NCBI GenBank assembly: GCA_047495785.1
Contig: JBLDXI010000020.1
Span: 248,001-312,000 of the forward strand
DNA from: Lepidodermella squamata
Lineage: Eukaryota; Animalia; Gastrotricha
DNA: 64,000 nt
Reading direction: 5' to 3'
Below the pieces are notes generated by a model. The model saw only the letters and a list, made by a program, of their open reading frames with translations. It made no database searches and was not told the DNA's origin. This document shows, in pieces, positions 22,938 to 34,510 of this stretch. The translations under genes were made by a program, and so were the position numbers. How positions within the stretch are numbered: the stretch's first letter is position 1; every line of letters starts with the position of its first letter.

Positions 22938-25900
22938 ATGTTAGCCTCCTTAAAAATGACGGAGGCCCGCTCAAAGCGGATGGCTTCGGAAACCACCCAG
23001 GCTGTTTCCGGTCAACAAGCTGCGCCGGCGCAGGGACAGAAGCGAATGCGTTTCACTGGGAGAGTTCGGCCTCTAGGCGAACTTCTGGATAGCTTTCCAA
23101 CCGATGAACACCTTCTTCATGCTTTGACGAGGCCAGCGACTGCCGAAGATTACGGTGGAGCGGAGTCGATGGCACAGCAGCTTTTGAACCTGGCCTTGGT
23201 GCCGCCGGCAACTGGCCAGTCAGCCGCTCAGCAACATCGGCCCGCAGCTGAAATCGCCCTTCGAGCCCTGCGGCTCATCTCGTCATCGCATTCTCCCCTT
23301 TTCACCGCTTCCATCATTCAAACTATTTTCGAGCGTTGTCTTAGCCATGCTCAATCAATCGCCAGTGTCGACGCAACATCGATTCTCTGTTCCAATTTGC
23401 TGGCGATTTGCGCTGAATGTGCTAGAACCGTACCCTCTCTTCAGCAACAGCTTATTTCTGCCCTAGTAGAGATACTCAGTCGGTCAGATATAGACTTTCT
23501 CCTCCTTACAGAAAGTCTCCGCATTCTCGCACGATTTTTCGCTCGAGAGTGTGCTTCGAGACATCTTGCTCGCATATGTGCTATATGCGTAGATATGCTG
23601 ATGATAAGCGACGTGCGAATTCGACTCGCCGCGTTGGATCTGCTCAATGAAATGATAGGGCACTGCGGCCGCAATCCATCCGTTGTCTCGCAAATTCCAA
23701 TCGAAGCGCTGTACAAGTCGGCGATTCTCGGCATCGATGACACGTTCGAAGATATCCGACTCGCAGGGCTGAATCTTATCGCGATTCTCGCCGCGCTTCA
23801 GCCTGATATGAAAATCGACGACGAGGGCGCCGTAGACGCGTCATCGAGGGGTTCGTCCAGCTTAAATACCCTGTCGAATGTCGTCTTTGGACGGTTATGC
23901 CACGCCTGTGCTAGTGACCGTACAATTCGAGTGCGTGCCCTTGCTGCCTCCTTAATCGGCCGTATACCCGGGGTTTCGGAAAATTTCATCGAGCAGTCGC
24001 TAGATAAACGCACAATCGCGTCGATGCGAGTTGACAACGGTCAGGACCAGCATCAACAACGGCGGGCGGGTTACGGCGTTGCAGTTGGCGACTACGAGGT
24101 CGATGCGGTTTCATTGATTTCTCAGAGTGCCTGCGGGGCGCTGGTCCACGCGCTTGAAGATGAATTCTACGAAGTCAGAGAAGCCGGCATTGAGTCACTC
24201 TCTCGAATGATAACCCCAGAGCGTATCACCTTTTCGCGACAGGGTCAGGATTTTCTGATAGATGCCTTGGGCGATGAGGTTGAGCAGGTTGTGTTATGCG
24301 CCTTACGAGCCTTGGCTCGAGCTGGATCGCAGCTGGACTTCACCGAAAAGCATGTAACCGCTATCCTCTTCACGCTCAAGGTCGCTTCATCGGCCGTTCG
24401 GCGTCAAGTTCATCGCACTCTGTCGAGTATCTCAATGCGCTCGAGAACATCTCATCTTGCGTGCTGTCTGGCTTTATTCGACAACATTCGGCTATTTCCG
24501 TCTGATGTCGACTCAATATGGATGTGCGCCGCCCATTTCGGTCGCAATCATCCGCAGCTCACCCGGGCTAATTTGTCCCGTCTTCTCGAGTTGCATCCTA
24601 TGTTTTTAAGCCAGGAGGCCAAAATGGACGACCCAACGTATATTGCCAAGTTGCTGATTGTTTTCGCGGCTGCTGGGAGTGACGGTAACTCGTCCCAGGT
24701 AAGATTCATCTTTCTAACACCCCTGGTAATAATTTTCATTTTACAATTTTAAAGATAATGCGAAGTCTTCCCGAACACGTGCGATCACATTATGGGTACA
24801 TTTGCGCCCGATTTCGCCATCTTTTGCACGAATCTGGTCCGTTGATTGAGCCTAGTGCGAATGAAGATGATGTCCCATCGACAAGTCTGGTCCGTGCTAG
24901 GGGTGAAACTTCAGCGGTCGCCTCATCTCAGCTGCGTCAGGTTTTGGTTAGGCACATCGAGTTACTTCGAAATTCACTTCAAACATCGCCAACGCTGGAT
25001 CGAAGCATCGACTTTGCTACTAGTCTCGTTCGCCAGTCGATGAGCGGGCCAGGTGATGCCAACACTGTCATAGTTCTAGCTAGCGGCAGTTCACAAGTCG
25101 ACCTTGCCGACCATTTCGCACCCCAATGGCGATTCCTGATGGGTCTCATTCAGTGCTTGTTTGATTATAGTCGCATAAATCGAGTCGCAGCGTCTGCTTC
25201 TTTCACCAATAACGCTGGGCAGGCCAGATCGATATTGACGAACGAACTGCGGCCGAGGATAATCCGTTTGCTAAACTGCTTTCTCCCCGTCCCGCCTAGT
25301 TTCGCTGCTTTCATGCGGTTGATCGATTTGGCAGCTTGTTCGAATGCCGAAGTAGAACCAGCCCAGTTGCACCGGGTGGCTTTGATGGCGAGGCGATCTC
25401 TTGAAGCAAGTGGCCAGGTCGTACCTGGGTCAGTTGAACGGGTGTTGCTACACGCGGCGAGCTGTTTGAATGAGAATACAGCAGCTGGATCGAATCTCGC
25501 ACCGCGCCACGGCCAGCTAGATGAAGCACTGGTATCCACCCTAATGTCGTGCCTGTCAAACGAAGATCTGTTGTCTCGATCCCAAGCTATGACAGAGTTA
25601 CGCGTCGAAATTCGCGAACCGATCCCGCTTGTTTCTGAACCAGCCGCTGAGGTCCGCTTTGTCTCGCATTTCGGCGCAACTGTTCCGTTGCGGTTCGTTG
25701 TGAGCGGGTTTAACAGTCAGCAGGTCGCAGCCTCCATGCCTCGTCTTGTCGTTCGAGTCACGTATCCGAACCAACGCTCCGATCTGCTGGTGCCACTTTC
25801 GAATGAAATTGAGGTGATCGGCGACGACTTGGACTCGACGAACAGTGCAGTTACGATCTCCGTATCTATGCGCATCCCGATCGCTTTCACTGCTTCAACT

Positions 25901-26068
25901 GGCCCCTGCCATGCCAGGGTATCAATTTTGCTGTCGTCCGCCGACGACGGCTTAGTTGATCTAACGTCACTTGAAAATGGTGGCGGTGGCTCGCTACAAC
26001 TGTTGGTGCTCTCGAAACCTGCCAAGGGCGAAATGCAAAAGCGCTTGCTTTCCGTTGCTCAACCTTGA
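22938..26068 (+). CDS. INTS4: Integrator complex subunit 4 (HEAT repeats), 2 exons
   Basis: DDTFEDIR, VRALAASLIG, FIEQSLDKR, SACGALVHALEDEFYEVREA, QDFLIDALGDEVEQV, FGRNHP, HPMFLSQEAKMDDPTYIAKLLIVF|IMRSLPEHVRSHYGY. Intron 24699-24754. Start may be 22938, 22956 or 22980. AATAAA at 26125-26130. Confidence 0.93.
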
Positions 26069-26947
26069 AACATGCGGTGATAGAGTATAAAGTATATCTT
26101 CATGAATATATAAATGATTTTTGAAATAAATTTTGATGTTGGTTTTGTACTTACGATTTTGCATCTATCCGACTCATAACGTGTAACTCACTGCCTGTGA
26201 TTGTAATTGTAACCAGTATGTTGAAAATGTAGCGAAATACTGGTAAGGGATATAGTAAGCTAATGGTTTCGTTTCTGCGAAGCAAGCCGAATATAAATAT
26301 GCTGAATTAACCATTGACCATGCAATGCCGGCATCTTCTTTCTAGGTTTCAGGAGGGTTAAAATAGTGACTCAAATCATCGATGGAAGAAGGAAACGATG
26401 TAGGTAAGAGATTAAATACAGGTACATAAACTGCGAAAAACTGCAAAATAGGCCAGGTTGACAGGAAAGCAATCATTCGGAAGATAATTCCATGCATTTA
26501 TCGTTTGTACCTAGCAGTGGCAGGGTTATCTATGTCATATTTTGAGGATCCTTGACATTTTGATTGAAGGCGGAGTTAGTACGGATCTCGCTTTGCAGCG
26601 TAACTAGTGGAACTCGTGGCGCCTGATCGGAGGATTCCGAGGCGGGAACGGATTTGAGCCGTATCGCTTATGCAATCATGATTTTGTAGTAGTTTTTGTA
26701 GTAGGTGCGATTGTTCCCACGAAACGCCGGAGCCTCAGCGCTGAAAGGTCCGCGCCAGCCAAAGCGACAACATCTGTCTTGCACAAAATCGAGCAGATAC
26801 CCAAGTTTCCCCGGTGGAGGTGTGAAAGAGTCCGATGTCAGATCATAATTTTTATCAGAATCGACCAGCAATACGTCTTGAGTGCGTTGAGCATAGCTAC
26901 TTCTTTGATAAGATGGGGCGGAGGCTGATCAGCTGAGTGACAATCTA

Positions 26948-27344
26948 TTGGCCAGGGCAACTTTCTTCCTGACACATTGCTCCATAGACAAAGCAGAATA
27001 CAACGTGACAAACTTGATCAACAAACCATCGTCCGATCACAAAACCAGGCTTAGCAGCTCTGATGGCGTCGAAATCCCTCGACAAGCTCACCATCTCAGC
27101 TTTCGATTTCGTGCTGCTAGCAAGTGGAATGACTGCTGCTAGATCTTCCGAAAACCCGAAGATCCTCAGAGACGAACTCCTGAAAGTACTGCTGAAAGCA
27201 GAATACGTGGACGATTTCGTCTTCACAAAGAAGAGGTAACTCGCCACCTTAGCTCGACGCGCCCATCTACGTCCGTTGGATGGAAGACCGCCTTTTAGTG
27301 CGAATCCAACGCTATTATACATACATACATACATACATACATAC
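26948..27344 (+). mobile_element. 3' end of a CR1/L2-group LINE with a (TACA)n tail
   Basis: HKTRLSSSDGVEIP...SFRFRAASKWN resembles the TR...IP...SF..RA...WN C-terminus of CR1/L2/Crack ORF2. A short 3' UTR and a tetranucleotide tail follow, as typical of this group. Confidence 0.65.
27318..27344 (+). repeat. (TACA)6-7 microsatellite
   Basis: tacatacatacatacatacatacatac read directly. Confidence 0.95.
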
Positions 27345-28117
27345 TTCTAGTCGATTCACCAAAATAAATACCCGTAATTTGAAATCCCTGATGCTCTATT
27401 ACTACGAGGCCATAAACGCATATCGATTGGCTATATTAATTCAAAATCCTAGCAATTAGCGAAAAGCATCGTAGAAACGGAAAAGTGAATCCATCATGAC
27501 AATAAATATTTCGGAAGAACCGTTAGAAAGCCCGAGAAATGGCAAACCTGGATTCGTAAAATTCGCGCTGCATTGTTTCATTATGAAGGAAAGATATAAC
27601 TATAAAAATGATTACGTTTACTGTATGAACTTTTTGAACTTTTTGAACAATGCCCTTGACAGAGGCTATCCGCTCGAAAACCTCATAATCTTTTATTTTC
27701 GCTCGATTGATTGCTTGATTTTGGCCTTTTCTGACGGTACCGGCCACTCGGCATTTTCCGTATCGGTAAAAACGCAACTATAATAAGCTAAATTCTATCA
27801 TTATTGCTCTGGATTTCTCTCGTTCTTTGATCGCTGCTCTTTCAATGTGACCCTTGATGTACACAAAATTCTTTGTATGTTAATCAATAAAACTCGAATA
27901 TTTAAACGTTCTTGAACTTTTACTGTTTCAAACACGTGGAATTTACACGAGCGGTTTTGAGCTCTTTCATCGCAAAACAAAATCAGTCACTTTTGAATGC
28001 TGAAGCATTGATAAAAACCGTAATAATTGCCTTCGAACGGCGGAGCCACATTTCAGTCATTGCTTTCATGAAGCACACGTAATTTTTATAAACAGACAAT
28101 AATAGAAAGAGCGTTTT

Positions 28118-31100
28118 TCATTGAAGATGGTCAGCCAATCGACACAAATTCCGCACAGGCAACAGGCGAATTTCCTCGTCGTCGGTCTGCACGACACCGT
28201 CGGCGTTGACTTCCTCGACGGAAATCAGCGTACCAGTGATGCCGGCGTTATCGCCAACCACGATTTTGACACGCTCGCCCGTTTGCGGCATGATTGGCCG
28301 CAGGCAGCTAGGAGGTACGTTGAGCAGGTCGTCGCCGAAGCTGACGTGCACCTGGCCGGAAACGCCGTCGATGTTGACGACGTGGCCTTCCCGCCCGGCC
28401 AGATCCGGCACTTCCGAGTTGTTGGCGACTCGCACTTTGATATCACGGCAGATCCAGCTTCCGTCCGACGATGCTGGCATTTCGTCCTCGCCGCCGTACG
28501 CGTCAGCACCCGGCGCTTCGGGTGTCATTGGGGCGCTGACCGAGGGTGACGGGATGCTGCCGAATGGAGATTCGCTCGGGGCAGCGTATGGCGATGGAGC
28601 CGCCGGGCTGGGGGCTGCAGGGCTGTATGCGTCCTGCATGTTTGAAGTAGGCGCTACACTGAACACGCCTGGGGTGGTCGGCCCGACATATCCGCTTGAA
28701 TAGGGACCCCTGCTGGAGCCAGGTGATTGTCCAGTGTCTTGATCGTCATTATCCATATCGAAATCGTAGTTGTAACTGATGAAAAGAGGACAAATAATTA
28801 TAAAAATGAGAATCCTCCTTAAATCCTCCTTAAAAATATCGCTATGGTCATACTAAGCATTGATGATCAAAATCAAGATGATTGGAGCAAAAATCGATTT
28901 TGCAGAAAAAGTGACAAGCATTAAGACTTCGTTTTGGGACTCTCTAATATCCAATATCCCAGATGATCAAATAATTTCGTATAAATTTTGAAATTGGTAT
29001 TTTCTCAAATTGATTTCCTCTGAAATTACCTGATATGTAACATGCGACCCCTCTTAAATCAATGAAAAATAGCTCGAAATTTGCAGGAAAAAATGAATCA
29101 CCTCGCCCACTTTTGGTTCAAATTTTAGAATTGCTTGAACAAACGCTGATTTTTAAACTTCAAAAACATGTTTTTGTGCAGAGATACCCCTCCTTACCGT
29201 AATTGCTAGCCAAATAGTTGGTGAAAAACAACGAAATTCAACATACTGAGCAGGGGTGTTGCCATGTTTCGGATCCCAAACACTGCTGCCACCCGCACCA
29301 GCCGGGGTTCGGCTACCCGATGCATCGTGCATCGGCGTGCGGCCGCCAGCATCGCCATACATCGGCGTCCTGCCGCCCAAGCCGTACATTGGAGTGCGGC
29401 CGCCATCGCCAGCTCCATACATCGGCGTCTTGCCGCCATCCATGCCATAGGCAGGGGTTTGCGAGCCATAAGCTGGCGTCCTGCCGTACTCTGAAACCGC
29501 ATTTCCAGACGTGCCAGGTCCGCGACCCTGTTGGCCGACGACTTCAATACGAGTTCGATCGACGGAAATAATTTTCGGATATGAATGCAGTTCAACACGC
29601 GCCAACGCATCTGTCGCGTCCTTCACGATACCGACCAAATTTTTGAACGGACCTTGAATAATGCGAACAGTCTGGCCGATGATTCGTCGATCGCGCTGAT
29701 TTCGATCCCGGCCGTAAACAGCAGCCGCCGGGCTTTGATTTGCACCAACTGCCGTTTTGTTCTGCTGGAAAGACGAACCGAAATGATCGGGGCGAGGGCT
29801 GTTGAGCGATGGCGACCGCATAGAGGCGTACGACCCGAAAGCTGAACCGCCACTTTGAGTAAGCTGACTCGCCTTGGGAGTACCCATCAGCTCTAATTGC
29901 TTCGATCGGCAAGTGAAAGCACCACCATTTTCAAGATGAAGCTTCGACTGAAGGAAAACAAAACCTCGAAACATGTATTTCACTGTCCCATTCAAGCCTT
30001 TATGAGGTCCGTCCAAAACCCGGCAGGTATCGCCCAGCTGGACGGATTGGCCTTTATTATCGTAGGTCATGATACTTTTCGCGCAATGACGCGATCGAAT
30101 GGCCTGTGGCTTCACCAACTCCAGCTTGCCATGCATTGTCAATACTTGAAGCTGGTCGCGTTCAATTCGCACGATCACACCAACTGTTTGCGGGTCAAGT
30201 TCGACGAAATCGAAGAACTGAAACTGACCGGTCGAATCAACACCGGGTGCAACTTCTCGGCATAATTGAAGGTCCCGGGGGCGGACTTTCAATTCGTGCA
30301 TTGAAAGATCGGAAAACAAAACACATTGATCGTCCTCGACTCGGACTACAAGACCGGTGTCCCCCTCGTAAGACCCGGACATTACCCTAACGTGATCACC
30401 GGCTTTGAAAAATTTGCGCAGTTCGCTAGCGACGAATTCGAGCGGGTCGGTCAAATCTTTGTATTTCGGCAAAACAACAACTTTGTCACCCTCAACAGTT
30501 TTCACGACACCGACCAAGTGTTTTAGATCACCCTCAATTACTTCCACGTAATCACCGGGTACAAATCGCTGAGAGGCGTCACCACCCTTAGCAACCTGGT
30601 TTCGAGCAAGAGTCTTTGTAAGGTGAGCGACAAGTTCGGCAGTACCGGCAAGGGCTGGGTTCGCGGCTACCCCGGCAACTTGACCGGTCTCGAAGCGATC
30701 AAGTTCAGCCAGGGAGGGCTTGACACCCTCAGATAACACAGCATTCATTGGAAAGTTTTTGTAAATGAAACCTTTGTCGTCGAAACGATTGCCAAACCAA
30801 ACCAGGTAGTTCCCTTCGCGCGTAATCACAGCATTTCCACCGGAGACGCGTTTGAGTAACTCTTCGCTGAAAAGTTTCATCGGTGGGCGTTTGAAAGCTT
30901 TCGTTTTCCCTCCTTCAAAATGCTTTCGTTTCGCCTCGGCTACTTCTGCCGCGTCAATACCACGGAAGCGAGCAGCATAGTCAATGCGGGGAACTAACTT
31001 GATCACAACACTGTCTTCGTTCGGCTCGATTTCTTCAATCTGGCCAAGATCATCTTTGTAGATACCACGTTTAAGACGGACCCACGAGCCGCGTTTGATA

Positions 31101-32053
31101 GGCGCAACGTCTCTCACGACCTTCATGACATCAGGCATTTCGGCAAGGGGGACGAGATGCTGCTTGAAAGCGCCGAGCTTGAGCGAGCCGATACCTTCGA
31201 TCGCTTGCTTAATGTGCGCCTGTTTGAAGGCTTCGATGTACAGATAGCCTTTCAAGCCTTCTTTCACGACGATGGACTTGATTTGCAAGGGTTCGATTTC
31301 AGTCGAACCCTGAAGTGCTATGTATTTTTGCATCAGTTTGATGGCAGTTTGTTTCTCTTCTCCGATGCGGCATCTCACTAGCCATAAATTAGGATCAGCC
31401 GATGTTGGTAAACGACTTTGCTGAGTAACATCTTCTGACAGTGTTTCGCCTGTATCGCCAAGCCGCTCCAAAGCCGCAGTTCTGCTGTATTTATCGCGGA
31501 AATATTGGTTGACATTCTCAGCATCAAGACTATTTAATAGAAACAAATGTGGTAAATTATGAACAGACTTTTAGGTCAGAGGCTTACTTGTCGGAATCGA
31601 GCAGAGCTCCGATCCCAGACCCGAATTTACGAGAACTTCGGCTTGGCAACTGTGGAGCTTTAGCGGCACTTTTACCGCCTTTGAGAGCCTCCTGGTATCG
31701 CTTCTTAAGATCAGCCGGAATAGCTTCAGATTCGATCGGCTCATCTTCGTCAGAATCAGTGTCGACGTCTGGAACAAATTTTTAACAGAGAATATATACA
31801 GTTTTATCCGAATGAAAAAAACTAACCGGCCTCAGCTATGACGAAAGGATTCGCTTTATGTCGTTTACGGCGAGGTTCGGCCTCCTCCTCTTCCTCTTCC
31901 TCTTCATCTTCAACCTCTTCTTCCTAGACGAGGAATAAGTCTTACTTGATAGAATTAAAAAAAAATACAAACCTCGTCGTCTTCTACTTCCTCTCCGCTA
32001 CCCAATGCCTCTTCTCCCCCTTCATCTTCCATTTCAGCTTCGGAATCAGACAT
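28118..32053 (-). CDS. SUPT5H: Transcription elongation factor SPT5 (DSIF large subunit), 5 exons
   Basis: Acidic N-terminus MSDSEAE; NGN domain [15 protein letters not shown]...[21 protein letters not shown]; multiple KOW motifs; CTR repeats [23 protein letters not shown]; C-terminal KOWs. Introns 31972-31924, 31826-31769, 31587-31530, 29246-28776. Confidence 0.98.
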
Positions 32054-32133
32054 CTTACAGATAACTGTTAAAGATGATAACTAAAAGAAGATGCGAAGTG
32101 TAAAGTAGTATAAGATCAAGTATCAGTATTCGG

Positions 32134-32307
32134 TCCAATTTCGTTGGTAGAAGTGCCCTCTCAGAGGGATCGCTCTCAGACGGTCAAGAATAAGTCAAGA
32201 AGGTTAGGTTTAGGTTTAGGGGTTAGGGGTTAGGGTTAGAGTTAGCGTTAGGCTGGGGAATGGGATGGGATGGGATGGGGGGATGGATTCTACCAACGAA
32301 ATTGGAG
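32134..32307. mobile_element. Foldback/MITE-like element with internal telomere-like TTAGGG repeats (copy 1)
   Basis: Inverted repeats TCCAATTTCGTTGGTAGAA / TTCTACCAACGAAATTGGA; shared core GAGGGATCGCTCTCAGACGGTCAAGA; internal GGTTAGGTTTAGGTTTAGGGGTTAGGGGTTAGGGTTAG and (GGGAT)n. No clear TSD. Confidence 0.85.
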
Positions 32308-32998
32308 GAGGCGAAAACAAACGGTAAAACAGCGCTCCGAGAGACAAAAGAGACAAAAACATGGGGCCCCAGAATTTTCTCCATGGTAAATAGCAGGGTT
32401 CTCAATGCTCACAGCTCACAGCTCGCCGTATCTCCACAAACAAGAAACTTAACAAGATCGGGTTTCGGGTTCGGATAAACGAGCAGGAACTGGGTGGAGT
32501 TTAAACTGATCAAGTGCAAAAATAACCGAAAGTGATCCTAAATACTGTGAAAATGAAAGTGATCTCGACAAATCGATGCTTTATAAGATGATAAGAAAAG
32601 ATAGCGCATCGAGGACAAAGATTCCCAGCACTCACTGGCTTGCCGGCAGGATCAGGTTCAGGATCAGGAACTACGATTTCTCCTCGCCCTGACGGACTCA
32701 AGCTTTCGCCACAAGGCGGAGCTTATGAGAAAATCGCGAGCTTACGCTCTCGGAAAGTTTGATCTGGTTTACTAACTACTTAATGATGTCCCTACCCCTG
32801 TTACTCCAGTTATTGCTGACTGTTTCTCCAGGGCCCAGGCATTAGTGCCCAGGTGGCTTTTCCACTCACGCAGTAAAGCCTACAAACGCCGTCGTAGCAA
32901 GAGAGCTACCAAAAGACTAGTTTTGAGAATTATTTACAGAGTAGAGATAATTTATAACAGGTAATTTCACGGAGCAAAATAGAATATAATCTAAAGCC

Positions 32999-33193
32999 CA
33001 GTGTAGAAGATGGACATTTTGCCGAAAGGGGGATATAGGTAAGGGTCCCCCCTTATATCGCTCAAGTTTCCGCAGGTGCCAGGGAACAAATCATAAGGGT
33101 CCCCCCTAGGGTTAGGCTTCGAGCCCTCGGGCTCGAAGCAGGGACAATCCCCCCCCCCCCCCCCCCCCCATCCCCCCGCCATCTTCGACACTG
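32999..33193. mobile_element. Non-autonomous hAT MITE (195 bp) with 8-bp TSD
   Basis: TIRs CAGTGTAGAAGATGG / CCATCTTCGACACTG (1 mismatch). Exact direct repeat CTAAAGCC at 32991-32998 and 33194-33201. Internal TAAGGGTCCCCCC repeats and a ~20-nt poly-C. Confidence 0.92.
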
Positions 33194-34162
33194 CTAAAGC
33201 CGGAACTATCAGAAAATAAAATACTTATATTACATTTGGTTGAATGTAGTTCGGCACGTAGTTGTAGACGAAAGCAGCCTTAGAACAAACATGAGTAAAA
33301 TGCTCGAAATCCGTATTGGACCCTCTAAACCAGAGGTTGATAATATATAACAGTATTTTACAGGAATTTTGGTTGAAAATAGTCTACAATAGGCTGATTT
33401 TGGCGTCATGATCGAACGAAAAGGGGTTGCCGGGCGCATTCCAGCAATCATTAGAGAAAACCGAGTTTGCGGAGCACTGACCTACGTGAAACAGCGAGTA
33501 GGGTGCAGCTCACTCTCAAAAAACAAAAGAAGTCTGGCTAGGGACCTATGGATTTCCCGTTTCTTCGAACCCAGATTGCGACTCGGCTTCCAGTGCCAGC
33601 GCAGAAGCTGCTTGGCGAATACTTGGAAATTCCCCGGGTTAAAAATACAATTTATGATTAACATTTTAAAATAAACAATTTCAATTAAAAAGAGACATTA
33701 GTTTAATAAAATGTCGAAGATGTTACCGCGCAATATTCAAAAATGATTGATTACAATAAAATCGACTAAAATAAACTTTCAATAACGTTTAAGAAATATG
33801 TTAGAGTCTGGGGCTATGACAATAAAACGCATTCATTCGTTCATAAACTTGAGGTTAGGAAAGGTTGTGAAACATCGACTGCCTGAGGCGACTCGAAATA
33901 ACGTGTCTGTTTTGTTATGCTACCCTTTCCAGGCTTAAATACTCGACATCAATCGTCAAATGTCAAAGTTCTGATGTTGTTACATACTTATGTTGCAACT
34001 CTTAAAGCTCGATTAAGACGGGGTCTTCGTCGAATTACCTTTGATAGCCACCCAATGTCCAGGAGCCATCAACTTGAACTGTTAATTTCATCTTATCTAT
34101 AGTGTAATCAACTTGAGCTTCATATGATATTTTTTATGGTGATGGATTTTTAGATTGCCGTT

Positions 34163-34337
34163 TCCAATTTCGTTGGTAGAAGTGTCCTCTCAGAAGGTGT
34201 CGCTCTCGGAGGGATCGCTCTCAGACGGTCAAGATTAAGGTTAAGGTTAGATTCAGGGTTAGGTTAGGGGCAGAGTGCCCTCTGAGCCATCTGAGGGGGA
34301 GCCATCTTAGAGTGCACTTCTACCAACGAAATTGGAG
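34163..34337. mobile_element. Foldback/MITE-like element with internal telomere-like repeats (copy 2)
   Basis: Same inverted repeats as copy 1, here extending to TCCAATTTCGTTGGTAGAAGTG / CACTTCTACCAACGAAATTGGA; same core; internal TTAAGGTTAAGGTTAG...GGGTTAGGTTAGGGG. Same orientation as copy 1. Confidence 0.85.
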
Positions 34338-34510
34338 ATGTGTTACTAAGAGGCTCAGTGTGCTGATTATTGTTGCGTTTTACGTTTTAGTGTACAAACT
34401 ACCCCTACCAGCTTGTTACTGTATCCTCTTTTCTTCCATGTCGTGGCTTCCGCTTGATAAACTCTTTTGAATAGTAGTTATTACTAAAATTATAATCGCC
34501 GATCATAAAT

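Noticed and set aside
26668-26871. 67-aa minus-strand ORF next to the LINE remnant
   Set aside because: Non-ATG start and no motif; likely repeat debris.
32201-32250. True telomere or chromosome-fusion scar
   Set aside because: The repeats are few, degenerate and enclosed by the inverted repeats of a dispersed element present twice.
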